Shown: positions 9,001 through 20,079 of the stretch, piece by piece
Layout of the letters: each line of letters starts with the position of its first letter
Position numbering within the stretch: the stretch's first letter is position 1
From: Promethearchaeati archaeon SRVP18_Atabeyarchaeia-1
GTDB lineage: Archaea; Asgardarchaeota; Atabeyarchaeia; Atabeyarchaeales; Atabeyarchaeaceae
Reading direction: 5' to 3'
NCBI GenBank assembly: GCA_037308085.1
Contig: CP147779.1
Span: forward strand, 1,600,001 to 1,664,000
DNA: 64,000 nucleotides
Program-made: the position numbers and the translations under genes
The notes under the pieces: model-generated
Databases searched by the model: none
The model's input: only the letters and a program-made list of their open reading frames with translations
Told to the model about the DNA's origin: nothing

Positions 9001-10821
9001 ATGTCGCTGTTTATCGGCTCAAACATAGAAGATCCCTCGAGCAAAGTGGAGTTGCCACTAAGCATATTCGAGCGTCATATGGGCATCTTTGGAAGTTCAG
9101 GCAGCGGAAAGACGGTTCTAGCCAAAGTCATAATCGAAGAGGCATCCAGGCTAGGCATACCTGTCATAGCCGTGGATCCACAGGGCGACATTTCAAGCCT
9201 CGCCAAACTCGAAGAGCCGAGGATTCTCGAGAAACACGGGTTGCCAATCGACATGGCTAGAGACTACAAGAACAAGGTTCGCGTAAACATTTTCACGCCA
9301 GGCAGCTCTAAGGGGAGAAAAATAGGACTAGACCCACTTAAGTTCCCTCAGAAAGATGCTGGGGTGGACAGCGAGGATATAGTCCACCTTCTCGACAACA
9401 GCGTTAGAACACTCGTCAAGGTGCTCGTACGGCTCGGGGGTTTGAAATCTACACACGAGGCAAACGCCTTTGCCTGTGTCTACAGCATAGTAAAAGCCTA
9501 TTGGGACAAGGGGGTTGAAGTCAAGGGGTTCAACCATCTAGCGGATCTTGTCACAGAAGACCCCATGAAACTGGTGCCAGACATCGACCGGTACATGGCT
9601 CTGCCGGAGCGTAGAAATCTGGCTAAGGCACTGCTCTCCCTAACCGTTGGCGCCCACCAGCTGATATTCACCGCAGACGAGAAACTTGACATCGACAAGC
9701 TCATCCAGAGGTTTGAAAATCGAACTCCGATCAACATCCTGTTTCTGAAGACCTTGCCCACCGAAGAGGAGAAAATGTTCTTTCTCACTATATTCATTAC
9801 CAGACTCTACGAATGGATGATTAGTCAAGGCTCAACAAGTAAACCTAGGCTTATCTTCTTCATTGACGAGATCGCCCCATTCATCCCCGCAGGTGTAGTT
9901 AAACCGGCCCCAAAGGATTCACTTCTACTTGTTCTACGGCAAGCAAGGAAATATGGCGTAATATGCATAGCTTGCAGTCAATCCCCAAAGGACGTTGACT
10001 ACAAGGCGTTTGAGCAGATGGGCACATATGCCATCGGCCGCCTGACGACGAAACAGTCAATGGACTCCATAGAGAGAATCGTGTCTGCGGGAATGGGAGA
10101 AGCAGAAACCAATAAGATATTCACGATTCTCCCCAGGCTCGATCGGGGAGAATTCCTCTTGATTTCCCCCGAGTACAAGCAGGGCGGAGCCATGCTCAGA
10201 ACAAGGTGGCTACTGACGAAGCATGAAACCTTGACTGAAGACGACATCAAGAAACTCAAGGAGAAGCTTGCGAGTACAGGACTGATAGGTATCGACAAAA
10301 ATGACGAGATTCTTGGCGGGGCCAAACCGGTTGAAGAAGGGACGCCCACGAAGGAGAAGGTCGCCGAAGCCAAGAACCTAGAGACGGAAGAAGGCAGGGC
10401 TTCCAAGAGGGAAGCGGTTCCAGAGCAGAAGAAACCTGAGACTTCCGAGGACGTCCTGAATGCCCTGATAGCCCGGCTTGAGAAAATTGCCAGGACTAAG
10501 TTTGGCTTAGACTTCATTAGAGAACTCGTAAGCAGTAAGAAGCTGGACTTCGAGCTAGCGTACCAGCAATACTACGGCGAAACTCTGCACGCAATGGAAA
10601 CCGGCTTGGGAGAGAAACAAGAGGAAGATGGAAAACAATACTTGGTATACGACTTCAAGGCGCTACTGGACAACGTGATCAAAGAAACAAACGCCCCACC
10701 GATCGAAATAGACCCGGAGGAGATCCAAGGTAGATTCGAGCGAATAGTCCTGACCTCAGAGAGAAGCAGCGTCATAGAGCGCGCAATACGCGGAAAACCA
10801 TTCTTGAGGTACAAGCATTAA
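9001..10821 (+). CDS. HerA/FtsK-family ATPase (DUF87-like) with C-terminal extension
   Basis: RHMGIFGSSGSGKT, VDPQGD, FIDEIA, RQARKYGV, SQSP. Confidence 0.9.
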   Translation: MSLFIGSNIEDPSSKVELPLSIFERHMGIFGSSGSGKTVLAKVIIEEASRLGIPVIAVDPQGDISSLAKLEEPRILEKHGLPIDMARDYKNKVRVNIFTPGSSKGRKIGLDPLKFPQKDAGVDSEDIVHLLDNSVRTLVKVLVRLGGLKSTHEANAFACVYSIVKAYWDKGVEVKGFNHLADLVTEDPMKLVPDIDRYMALPERRNLAKALLSLTVGAHQLIFTADEKLDIDKLIQRFENRTPINILFLKTLPTEEEKMFFLTIFITRLYEWMISQGSTSKPRLIFFIDEIAPFIPAGVVKPAPKDSLLLVLRQARKYGVICIACSQSPKDVDYKAFEQMGTYAIGRLTTKQSMDSIERIVSAGMGEAETNKIFTILPRLDRGEFLLISPEYKQGGAMLRTRWLLTKHETLTEDDIKKLKEKLASTGLIGIDKNDEILGGAKPVEEGTPTKEKVAEAKNLETEEGRASKREAVPEQKKPETSEDVLNALIARLEKIARTKFGLDFIRELVSSKKLDFELAYQQYYGETLHAMETGLGEKQEEDGKQYLVYDFKALLDNVIKETNAPPIEIDPEEIQGRFERIVLTSERSSVIERAIRGKPFLRYKH

Positions 10822-10918
10822 CAGGACCTGACTAGGCAGGGGGATTGACTGCTGACGGAGTCTCGATGTCGCTTAAACAAGTGATATATATGCCCTGCGC
10901 GAAGGTCTATCCAGATCG

Positions 10919-11569
10919 ATGTGGAGGGTTGCCAGTGAATTGACGATGACCTTGACTTTGTTCGAAGCCACAAGAGGCAAGGTATACTTGGCTTTGCTGG
11001 TAATTGCGGGGCTTTGCCTAATAATCGCCCCCATCTTCGCCTGGTTAACCTACGACTTGCACATTAGCCAAGGCGCAGTTCAATCAGGAGTCTCAGTCTA
11101 CGTGACGGGATTTGGCTCGATGTTTTCCGCCCCAGCGGTCAGCGGAGTCTCATTCTCTTTTCCAGCGCTACAGGGGTGGTGGTATGGGATATTAGCTCTC
11201 GTGATAGGTGTGGCCGCCCTCCTCGTGTCGCCCGTTGCGTTTCGTAGACCCGAAGTTGGCGGCCTCATAGGCTTCTTACTGAGCTTCGTGAACATGCCAC
11301 CTCTACTGTTCTTCTTGGGCCGCTCTCAGGAACTCAGCTCCATCGTGGTAGCGTTCATAACAGCACTTCAAACCGGCGGGTATACATTCCTGAGCGTAAC
11401 CTCCTACTATGCCTTAGGCTTCATAATTGGTATCATCGGGACTGCTCTGCTTCCACTCTCTAGCATCCTCATCCTATCAAACGCCACAAAACTGAGGATG
11501 TCTAAGGAAGATGCGGAGAAGAAGAAGCAAAGGAAAGAGGAGGAGCTGAACCCGCATGTCGATAAGTAG
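10919..11569 (+). CDS. Hypothetical membrane protein
   Basis: About four hydrophobic segments, charged tail. Confidence 0.7.
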   Translation: MWRVASELTMTLTLFEATRGKVYLALLVIAGLCLIIAPIFAWLTYDLHISQGAVQSGVSVYVTGFGSMFSAPAVSGVSFSFPALQGWWYGILALVIGVAALLVSPVAFRRPEVGGLIGFLLSFVNMPPLLFFLGRSQELSSIVVAFITALQTGGYTFLSVTSYYALGFIIGIIGTALLPLSSILILSNATKLRMSKEDAEKKKQRKEEELNPHVDK

Positions 11570-11788
11570 CCGAAGCTTGCAGGACGCGTGCAGAGATCTT
11601 AGCATCGAAGTCTCGGCAGGCAGAAGAGCACCAAAATGAGAGTTGCATTTCCAAAATTGACAATGCCCCAGGGTAGGATACTAACTTTGCAGGCAAAAGC
11701 ATCATACGGGAATATCCATCTACAGCAATTCCCCACAACAAAAAAGGAAAAAAAGGGTTTAGAAATCGGTTACCGTCTTGTCGTCCAC

Positions 11789-12115
11789 CTACATTCCAAT
11801 GTAGAGAAGCAGACCGCCGATAATTGCCAGGATGCTTCCGATGAAGTAGAAGTCAGCACCGATCACTAAGTTCAGTATTCCAAGTATCAAGACGATAATG
11901 CCCATCATCTTGCCCTTTCCAGCATATCCCAAATAGCCAAGAAGTATAACTAAGATTCCAAAGATGATCCCAAGAATACCGTAGATCATAACGCTGAAAA
12001 TGCCAAAGTAGATTCCAATTGCTGCGCCCATGACTATTAGGAGCAAGCCGGCGATCAACATGATGATACCGCCGATGAGACTCAGAAGCATTCCATAAGT
12101 TGGTTTCTTTGCCAT
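11789..12115 (-). CDS. Small Gly/Ile-rich membrane protein
   Basis: LSLIGGII...GSILAIIGGLL; about four TM. Confidence 0.75.
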   Translation of the reverse strand: MAKKPTYGMLLSLIGGIIMLIAGLLLIVMGAAIGIYFGIFSVMIYGILGIIFGILVILLGYLGYAGKGKMMGIIVLILGILNLVIGADFYFIGSILAIIGGLLLYIGM

Positions 12116-12468
12116 GTTTTCTCACTTTCCCATATTCGATTTCAAGGTCATGGCGAACGCTTCGCCCCGACCTTGACTCGGGGCACATATTAGTCGAGGC
12201 AGCTATATAAGTATGATTGCTGGTGAAAAGACACAGCTGCCCTGTGGTGGGACATGATCTGGAATTCACCATAATCTTGCTGTGGGATTTCTGTTTCGAG
12301 GCTTTCAATAAGCACGATCCGCAACGCTCAAGGACATTCGGTAAGGAAATCACAGCAAACGCAATGTGCCATAGGTGGGTTGAAGTCGAACTCTCCAATT
12401 GGCGCAACATAAAAGTGAGCTTTCTGCAATCTCACCGAGTTCGGAATCCAATTAGCGATGAGATTCCT

Positions 12469-12879
12469 CTACTTCTTCTCCTCGCCGAAAACGCTCCAGA
12501 AGAGCCCAAGCAGGACACCGAAAACTAGTACCTGGAAGACGAATTCGAGGGCAAAGTAGGCTACGCCCTCGGCATAGCTTAGGTACCCGTAACCGAGTGC
12601 CACGCTAAATACCAGCCAGAATACAAGCCCCATCACTATTCCTTTGGGTATTGAAGATTCCGTGGGCAGATTATCATAGAGATCAGCGTACCCCAAACCC
12701 CATAACATTCCACCGGTCACGCCGACGATGATAACGTTCGCCTGGTCGATTAACCCCAATGCCTCGCCCAGTTTCCCGAGCAGAGTTGTTCCGAAGGCAA
12801 TCAGAGTGAACCCGAAGACCACGGCATAGACTGTTCCTGCAAGAATGCCCGCCTTGATCCCAAGAACATAGTCGGCCAA
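12469..12879 (-). CDS. Hypothetical 4-TM membrane protein
   Basis: Hydrophobic helices; GGGAGG SD. Confidence 0.75.
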   Translation of the reverse strand: MADYVLGIKAGILAGTVYAVVFGFTLIAFGTTLLGKLGEALGLIDQANVIIVGVTGGMLWGLGYADLYDNLPTESSIPKGIVMGLVFWLVFSVALGYGYLSYAEGVAYFALEFVFQVLVFGVLLGLFWSVFGEEKK

Positions 12880-12978
12880 TGCTTATTTCCTCCCTACTTT
12901 TCGCGTTGCTCAGGGATTCCTGTCAGCTTCAGACCGGGATTATTGCCTGGCCCTGATGGGGATCCCGTCGGGACCGGG

Positions 12979-14115
12979 TTAAGTGAATAACTCTTGAGCT
13001 AGTTGTCCGTTCTTGATAATCAGTCTTCCATCGATTCTGAGCGCAGCCTTGCTCAGAGTCCCTGTAGCGCCGTATGATGACTTATTCTTTCCACCGATCG
13101 CCTCATTGTCGCCGATGCCTATTGTAATGGCTCCTTCAACGATGTTATTCATCATGAAGCCGTACGCTGCTTTCGGGTTTATTCCTATTCCGAGCGTCGC
13201 TATTCTGTCCTTGTCTCCTGAGGCTTTGTCAATTGCCTTCGTGAGGTACTCGATGTTCTTTTTTCCTTTCATTGATGCTAGTTTTCCATCTTTGAAGTCC
13301 CACTCCATGCCTTCGATGTTGACCCCAAACTGTTGGAGTTGGAGGTCAAAGACAGCCTTTCCGTTGGCGCTCGTTTCAACTATCGTCGTCCCAACATACC
13401 CAGCGGGTAGCTGTGCATCGAGATCGTTGTGGGCAATATCATCCTTGTCAATTATGCCATCGTCAATGCTGACTCGTCTCCCGCCTAACTCGAAGGTTAG
13501 ACTTGTTCCGCTTGCGTCGACGATTTCAGCCGTGCCTGCTTTGTCAAGGGCGCCAGCGATTTGACGGCCCACCTTGTACAGCTTCTTCAGATCCGCGGCC
13601 ATTGAGTCGTCCATTACCTTCTTCCATTTCCCATAGTTCAGACCGTAGTTCTTGGCTCTTTGAGGAGTGACCATTGCCAACCCCAAACCAAGATTTCTTA
13701 TTTTTCTCTCTTGTGCCCTTGGGAAATGTGCTTTTCTCTCCCCTTCAAACCACGCCGTGAACTTGGATGGAGGTATCTTCTTCAGCCGGTCGGGGTTTTC
13801 TGCTGCGAATAGGTTGACTCCTGCGGTTATTGTTTCGGTGAACGCTTGGCAGATTTTCGAAGGCTCCCTTAAGCTGTCCTCGGAGAGCTTTTCGAGTAGC
13901 CCGTAGTAGTACTCGTCAGTCCAAAGATTAAGGAGAACGTCAGCCCCTTCCTTAAAGCACTCAACAGCAACCGCATTCGCGACATCGATCGTGTGACTCC
14001 ATGTGGAAATATTCACCACGTCACTTGAACGAATATTCAGGGCATCCTTAACTACTATCTTAGCTAAATCCTCATACAATCTTTCCTCACCCTCGAACGC
14101 AAAGAAGCATTCCAA
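12979..14115 (-). CDS. Peptidase M29 (aminopeptidase II/T) family protein, metal ligands apparently degenerate
   Basis: GTSLTF, IDDG, LPAG, LGIGINP, IGIGDN..IGGKN, IDG..IIKNG fold motifs. Confidence 0.85.
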   Translation of the reverse strand: MECFFAFEGEERLYEDLAKIVVKDALNIRSSDVVNISTWSHTIDVANAVAVECFKEGADVLLNLWTDEYYYGLLEKLSEDSLREPSKICQAFTETITAGVNLFAAENPDRLKKIPPSKFTAWFEGERKAHFPRAQERKIRNLGLGLAMVTPQRAKNYGLNYGKWKKVMDDSMAADLKKLYKVGRQIAGALDKAGTAEIVDASGTSLTFELGGRRVSIDDGIIDKDDIAHNDLDAQLPAGYVGTTIVETSANGKAVFDLQLQQFGVNIEGMEWDFKDGKLASMKGKKNIEYLTKAIDKASGDKDRIATLGIGINPKAAYGFMMNNIVEGAITIGIGDNEAIGGKNKSSYGATGTLSKAALRIDGRLIIKNGQLAQELFT

Positions 14116-14331
14116 ATTACTTATAGGTTTTCCTTGACGCCAATCATGACTGCATGGATGATCAGGAAGTCATAGCAACCATACAACTTGCGGCAAAAGG
14201 GCTGGCTGAGTGTTCCTGCGGCATGTTTGATTATCATTCTACCTATTGGCGCCTAGATACCAAGAACCATGAACAAAAAAGGGGGAAATAGGTCTTCCTT
14301 GATACAGCCACTATTCCCCGACTTAAGAGTT

Positions 14332-14748
14332 CTACTTTCCAAGTGCCTGAAGGAGCCCAAAGACGACGAGCAGGATTCCGGCTATCATTTCTAGATAGAG
14401 CCCGATTCCAGCAATCAACGATACACTATCATACAGGAAGAAGTATAGGGCCCCACCCAGAACAAGTAGCCCACCGACTAGTACTAGCCATCCGAACATC
14501 TTTGTTTTACCTTTCATCGACATGGCAAGAAGCCCGAAGAGTAGTGCTACGATACCACCTACTGGGATTATGAACAGCGCGGGAAATCCTCCCAAAGTCG
14601 CATAATCGTAACCGCTAACGTTAAAGAACAAGACGGTTACGAATGGCAGGAAGAAGCCGAGTGCTGCGACGGCGCCCATGATTACGTTTAGGATGGGTAT
14701 CCAAGTCATGCCTGCTTTCTTCGACATTTTTCTTTTCACCCTCACCAT
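14332..14748 (-). CDS. Hypothetical membrane protein
   Basis: FFLPFV..VSGYD, four TM, GIGLYL. Confidence 0.75.
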   Translation of the reverse strand: MVRVKRKMSKKAGMTWIPILNVIMGAVAALGFFLPFVTVLFFNVSGYDYATLGGFPALFIIPVGGIVALLFGLLAMSMKGKTKMFGWLVLVGGLLVLGGALYFFLYDSVSLIAGIGLYLEMIAGILLVVFGLLQALGK

Positions 14749-14969
14749 ACTAATCTATCTGTATGTCCGCCATTTTCCATTATAGCCGGGGCGCCAGATA
14801 TATAGATTTCCGTTTCCAAGTCTTCTGGACACTTCAACGCCTAGACCCCAAAACCAACCCGCTTGCGCCATGATGTGACCGAAACGCGCTCCCAGCTAAC
14901 TATATATCCGATCGAATCAATAGTAAAGATCGTACTTAACTGCAAGTTGCACGGGGGGTTCAACGAGGG

Positions 14970-15575
14970 GTGCGAGCCGAAGGCAAGCATCAAGACAGTA
15001 AGCAAGCTGAGTTGATGGAACTCAGGGACGCAATAAGGAAACTGGTCGGGCTCACCAGAAAGATGCGCAATATGGCTATGAAAAGAAGATCTCCTGACCC
15101 CACCTTGGTAACGCGGGGTTCAGGCGAGGAAGATGTCGAGAGCAAGGTGCGACATTTCACCGAGGCGCTCCTAAACTACCTTAGGCTTAGGAGGGAACTC
15201 CGATCAAGTTTCGTGGCTTTTCAAAATAGTCTTGCGAATCTTGAGAGGGCCGAGACTGTTGAAGAGGTCTCGACGCTGATGGGGCTGACGGTTGCAGCCG
15301 CCCAGGAGGAATATCGCCGTATCCAGGACCAAATCATCGAGCAGTACGAAAAGACACTCTTCCCAGCTATGCCCGAAATAGAAAGTGTAATCAAGGCCGC
15401 CGGAGAAACTAAGAACTTCAGCAAGTGGATGCGCGACATAAGTGGGCAGGACGCCAATTCGGGTGAGGACGACTACACAAGAATGGTTGCTGCAATAAGG
15501 GATCGTAACGTCACAAAATTCAACGAGATCTACGAAAAAGTAAAGAAACGCATCGAGACGGAAGAACGGAGATAG
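14970..15575 (+). CDS. Hypothetical helical/coiled-coil protein
   Basis: 201-aa charged helical ORF. Confidence 0.65.
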   Translation: MRAEGKHQDSKQAELMELRDAIRKLVGLTRKMRNMAMKRRSPDPTLVTRGSGEEDVESKVRHFTEALLNYLRLRRELRSSFVAFQNSLANLERAETVEEVSTLMGLTVAAAQEEYRRIQDQIIEQYEKTLFPAMPEIESVIKAAGETKNFSKWMRDISGQDANSGEDDYTRMVAAIRDRNVTKFNEIYEKVKKRIETEERR

Positions 15576-15697
15576 AGCTCCAGCGTCTGCATTACGCAGG
15601 TAATGACAACCGAGCGCATCGCAGGATGACTCGGACCAATCAAGTGAAAACTTAAATATGAAGATGTCTCTGGCTTCTCCCATACTCCTTTTAGGAT

Positions 15698-17620
15698 GTG
15701 ATTTCGTTGAGTTTGCGACATCTTTTTGAGCCCATAAAGTTGGGCAACTTGGTCGTCAAAAACAGGATTGTCATGCCCACCATTACGACTGGATTCTCGA
15801 TAGGTCCCGTCAATGAACAGCTTACTAATTACTTCATTGAGAGGGCTAAGGGTGGGGCAGGGATGATCTTTGTCGGAATCTGCGGAATAGAGAAAGGTTT
15901 GAACTACACGATTGACGTCTCGTCAGATGAGACTGTTCCCGGATTGAAGGGATTAGCAAAAGCGATCAGGGCTGAAGGGGTGCGCGCGGGATTGCAGCTT
16001 TTCCATCCGGGGCGTTACGAGTTCACTTGGATCACTGGGAGGAAGCCTGTCTCAGCCTCGGACGTCGCTTCAACTTTGGCTGGAACTGAGAAGCCGCGGG
16101 CGCTGACGGTGCCTGAGATAGAGAAGATCGAGGACGAGTATGCGCAGGCAGCTCTGAGGACGAAGAATGCAGAGTTCGATGCCGCTGAGTTCATAGGTTC
16201 GGCTGGCTACCTGATTAGCCAATTCCTGTCACCTGTTACCAACAAGAGAACTGATGGTTATGGGGGAAGTATGGATAATCGCATGAGGTTTCCTCTCGAG
16301 ATAGTTGAGAGAACGAAGCAGCTTGTCGGGGAGTCCTATCCGATAGTGTTCAGGTTGAGCGGTGATGAACTGGTTCCAGGTGGAAATGGGCTTGAGCAGA
16401 CGAAGATCATCGCCCGTAGCCTTGAGGATGCTGGCGTGGTGGGTTTCAACATCACTGCTGGTTGGCATGAGTCGAGAGTACCAATGATAACGATGGATGT
16501 GCCACGGGGAGGCTACGTCTATCTGGCTGAGGGGGTCAAGAAGGTCCTCAGCAGCGCGAAGGTTATGGCGAGTAACAGAATCAATGATCCAGTGCTCGCC
16601 GATAGGATCATAGGTGAAGGGAAAGCTGACATGGTCTCGATGGGTAGACCACTCATAGCCGACCCTGAACTTCCGAGGAAGGCGATGCAGCGGAGGTTCG
16701 ACGACATAAGGATGTGCGTTGCATGTAACCAAGGCTGCTTTGATCACATATTTCAGGCTAGCCCGATAACTTGCATGGTAAACCCTATGGTGGGCAAAGA
16801 GGGCAAGATCAAGGTCACACCCGCAACAAAGGAGAAGAAGATCGTTGTCGTTGGCGGAGGACCAGCTGGGCTTGAGGCTGCAATGATTGCCGCCCAGAGG
16901 GGACACAATGTCTTTCTCTTTGAGCGGGATAGCAAGCTTGGCGGGCAGCTCAACCTGGCTGCGGTCGCGCCTCACAAGGATGAGCTTGGCAACATAGTAA
17001 GCTATCTCTCAACCCAAGTGAGGAAGCTCGGAGTAAAGACCATGCTTGGACGAGAGGTGACCATGGGCCTGCTGCAGTCGGAGAATCCAGACGCGATTGT
17101 TGTCGCAACGGGGGCGCTGCCCGTAAAACCGATCATCCCTACCGAGAGGGGCCAGACGGTGGTTCAGGCCTGGGATGTCCTCGCGGGGACTGAGCTGAAA
17201 GGGAGTAACGTGGTAATCGCTGGAGGCGGAGGAACTGGCTGCTACACTGCCCACTATCTTGCTGACAAGAAAGGGAAGAAAGTCACCGTGGTTGAGATGC
17301 TGGATAAAGTCGCCAATGACGTTGGAGTCTCATCAAGGTGGATACTCAGAAAGCAGCTGAACGACTGCGGCGTAAACGTCATCACAGGCGCCAAGCTCCA
17401 GAACATAACGAAGAATGCTGTCACTGTCATGAGAGGAGGCAAAGAGGAGTCAGTGAGTGCCGATGCAGTAGTACTAGCACTAGGAGCGACACCAAACAAC
17501 GCGCTATTCAAACTGGCCAAAGAGAAGTTCAGCGCGATCTACAGTGTGGGCGACTGCGTTAAGCCGAGGAAGGCTCTGGAAGCAATACATGAAGGATTCG
17601 ATGTCGGCCTCAATGTGTAG
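15698..17620 (+). CDS. Old-yellow-enzyme/2,4-dienoyl-CoA reductase-like flavoprotein with Fe-S cluster
   Basis: GYLISQFLSP.TNKRTD.YGGS, CVACNQGC...C, GGGPAG. Confidence 0.9.
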   Translation: MISLSLRHLFEPIKLGNLVVKNRIVMPTITTGFSIGPVNEQLTNYFIERAKGGAGMIFVGICGIEKGLNYTIDVSSDETVPGLKGLAKAIRAEGVRAGLQLFHPGRYEFTWITGRKPVSASDVASTLAGTEKPRALTVPEIEKIEDEYAQAALRTKNAEFDAAEFIGSAGYLISQFLSPVTNKRTDGYGGSMDNRMRFPLEIVERTKQLVGESYPIVFRLSGDELVPGGNGLEQTKIIARSLEDAGVVGFNITAGWHESRVPMITMDVPRGGYVYLAEGVKKVLSSAKVMASNRINDPVLADRIIGEGKADMVSMGRPLIADPELPRKAMQRRFDDIRMCVACNQGCFDHIFQASPITCMVNPMVGKEGKIKVTPATKEKKIVVVGGGPAGLEAAMIAAQRGHNVFLFERDSKLGGQLNLAAVAPHKDELGNIVSYLSTQVRKLGVKTMLGREVTMGLLQSENPDAIVVATGALPVKPIIPTERGQTVVQAWDVLAGTELKGSNVVIAGGGGTGCYTAHYLADKKGKKVTVVEMLDKVANDVGVSSRWILRKQLNDCGVNVITGAKLQNITKNAVTVMRGGKEESVSADAVVLALGATPNNALFKLAKEKFSAIYSVGDCVKPRKALEAIHEGFDVGLNV

Positions 17621-17644
17621 AGTTACTGCTATCCTGGCGGGCGA

Positions 17645-17950
17645 TTATCGAAAAGCCGTTCCCCTAATGTCGAACGATGTGTATTCTCCTCTGTACGGTA
17701 GCCACTCGACCTTCACGTTTGTGACGTAAGACCCAGATGGGCCTCTGTTGCACCATCCGATCATCTTCTCGACGCTCTCCTTCTCCCCTTCGATCATCGC
17801 TTCCACGCGCCCATCGGATAGGTTCCTGACCCAGCCGGTAACACCGAGCCTGCGAGCAGCGCTACAAGCGTTTGCCCTGTAGCCAACTCTTTGGACCTCC
17901 CCCTCGACGTAGACGTGTGCAGTGACCTTCAAGTCCGACGCGCCCTCCAA
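17645..17950 (-). CDS. acyP: Acylphosphatase
   Basis: GEVQRVGYR, GWVRNLSDGRVE, GPSGS.V. Confidence 0.95.
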   Translation of the reverse strand: MEGASDLKVTAHVYVEGEVQRVGYRANACSAARRLGVTGWVRNLSDGRVEAMIEGEKESVEKMIGWCNRGPSGSYVTNVKVEWLPYRGEYTSFDIRGTAFR

Positions 17951-18276
17951 CTTGGGTCACTTAGTGCTGCCGATCCGCTCCACTTTCCTGCTCTCTGATC
18001 TGTGCAGCTTCTGATAGTTCTTTCTATATAGTCTTTGTGGATTCGTCGTCCCCCTCTATTCATCACAGAGGTCAATCCTTACTGCTGGACCCCTAGTCCC
18101 TCAAGTCTCCCTTGAAGACTTCCAGAAAGTGAGGCACTCAGGAAGGCATTAGACTGGGATGAGCCGCATCTCGATACACTCATAATATATGGCACCGGAA
18201 TTCCATTAGTTGTTGGCTGATAGTGAATTGCTTGGGTCAAGGATTGAGAACCGGCGTATAGACTGAGAGCCTCAGG

Positions 18277-19986
18277 GTGAAGCAAGGAATGACGGGGGAA
18301 ACACGCTTCTCAGATCTGTGTGAGGTCATGGAGAAGCTTGAGTCTACAAAGAAGAGAGGCGCGATGGTCTCCGAGGCAGCGGAGCTCCTCAGGCGGCTTC
18401 TTCGAGAAGAGCTCATACCGGCCACGCTATTCCTCACGGGAAAAGCCTTTCCGTCATATGATGAGAGAACCTTGGACGTCAGCGGCGCAACACTCTGGCG
18501 GGTAGTGCTGAGAGCCGCTCCAGCCAAGCCAGAAGATCTGGGAAAGGCTTTCGAAGAGAGCGGTGACTTTGGGGACGCCGTGAAGAGTGTTCTGTCAAGA
18601 CATGCGGATGCTGGAAAGCAGGGTACGTTGCTCTTTCGCCCTCCGCTGTCCATTCTTGAAGTCAAGAGGCAGCTAGACGAACTTGCTGCGGTCTCAGGTG
18701 AAGGCTCCAGGAAAAGAAAAGAACGGGTTATTGAGGGGTTACTTGCAAGGGCTACACCCTTGGAAGCGAAATTCCTCGTCAGGATGATCCTCGGCGAGAT
18801 GAGAACGGGATTCCAAGAGGGGTTACTAGTCGAGTCGGTCTCCAAAGCATTCAACGTACCAAGTGAACTCGCAAGGAGAGCCGTAATGATTGCTGGAGAC
18901 ATAGGCATTGTTGCGGTAGCCGCCAAAGACGGCGGTGAAGCAGCATTGGATTCAATGCATGTAAAGCCATTCCGCGTCATAAAGCCGATGCTTGCTGCCG
19001 GCGCCTCGAGCGTTCAGGAAGCCCTTTCGGAGCACGGGGGGACATCAGCCTTTGAGTACAAGCTCGATGGAGCAAGAGTGCAAATACACATCTTAGAAGG
19101 CGCCGTAAGAATCTGGAGCAGAAGGCTCACTGAGGTAACTGAAAGCCTTCTTGACATAGTTCAGCTGATCAGGGCCAACCTGAAGGTGCATTCAGCGATC
19201 CTTGAGGGAGAAGTTGTCGCCATCGGTCGAGCAGGTAGGCCGCTACCGTTCCAGCATTTGATGAGACGTTTCCGTCGGAAACACGATGTCGACAATACAA
19301 TTCAGAGAATCCCGGCCGAACTCTATCTCTTCGATCTCCTCTTCATCGAAGGGGAAAGCCTGATCGACAAACCATACACCGAGAGAAGGAAACGGCTGTC
19401 AGAGCTGACGGAGAAGCTCCACCTTGTGAAAAGCCTTGTGACTAGTGATACAAATGTTGCTGAGAAACTTCTTAGTGAAGCGTTAGAGTTGGGGCACGAA
19501 GGACTAGTTGCGAAGAGTCTCAATGGAACCTATACACCTGGGACACGGGGCAAAAAATGGCTGAAAATAAAACAGGTCATGGAGCCTCTAGATCTCGTCA
19601 TAACTGAAGCTGAGTATGGTTATGGGAAAAGGCACCAATGGCTATCGGACTACACTCTCTCGACAAGGGATGAAGAGACTGGAAAGTTTATGCCAATAGG
19701 AAAGACATTCAAGGGCCTCACAGATGAGGAGATAAAAGAAATGACCGCGCGGCTGAAATCATTAATGTTGACTAAACGTGGCAGGAAAATCATTCTGAAA
19801 CCAGAGGTCGTCGTAGAGGTCGCATTCAACGAGATACAGGAAAGCCCGAAATACAAAAGCGGAATGGCGCTCCGATTCGCGAGAATAACGCGAATTAGAC
19901 TGGACAAGTCCCCTGAAGAGGCTGACACGATCAAGCGCGTAAGGGACCTCTATGAGGGTCAATTCTTACACAAGGCATCGCTCTAG
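18277..19986 (+). CDS. lig: ATP-dependent DNA ligase
   Basis: EYKLDGAR, ILEGE, EGLVAK, WLKIK, LRFAR..R.DK. Confidence 0.95.
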   Translation: MKQGMTGETRFSDLCEVMEKLESTKKRGAMVSEAAELLRRLLREELIPATLFLTGKAFPSYDERTLDVSGATLWRVVLRAAPAKPEDLGKAFEESGDFGDAVKSVLSRHADAGKQGTLLFRPPLSILEVKRQLDELAAVSGEGSRKRKERVIEGLLARATPLEAKFLVRMILGEMRTGFQEGLLVESVSKAFNVPSELARRAVMIAGDIGIVAVAAKDGGEAALDSMHVKPFRVIKPMLAAGASSVQEALSEHGGTSAFEYKLDGARVQIHILEGAVRIWSRRLTEVTESLLDIVQLIRANLKVHSAILEGEVVAIGRAGRPLPFQHLMRRFRRKHDVDNTIQRIPAELYLFDLLFIEGESLIDKPYTERRKRLSELTEKLHLVKSLVTSDTNVAEKLLSEALELGHEGLVAKSLNGTYTPGTRGKKWLKIKQVMEPLDLVITEAEYGYGKRHQWLSDYTLSTRDEETGKFMPIGKTFKGLTDEEIKEMTARLKSLMLTKRGRKIILKPEVVVEVAFNEIQESPKYKSGMALRFARITRIRLDKSPEEADTIKRVRDLYEGQFLHKASL

Positions 19987-20079
19987 CGATAGGAAAACGC
20001 AAGCTTAATGTGCAGGAGAAAACAGAGAAGCAACGGTGTAAGCAAGTAGCTTTCGATAAACTGGGCGTCTGGTGTATTC

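Noticed and set aside
8148-11569. Ced-like DNA import system (HerA ATPase plus membrane proteins)
   Set aside because: The arrangement is suggestive only; I could not recognise CedA similarity.
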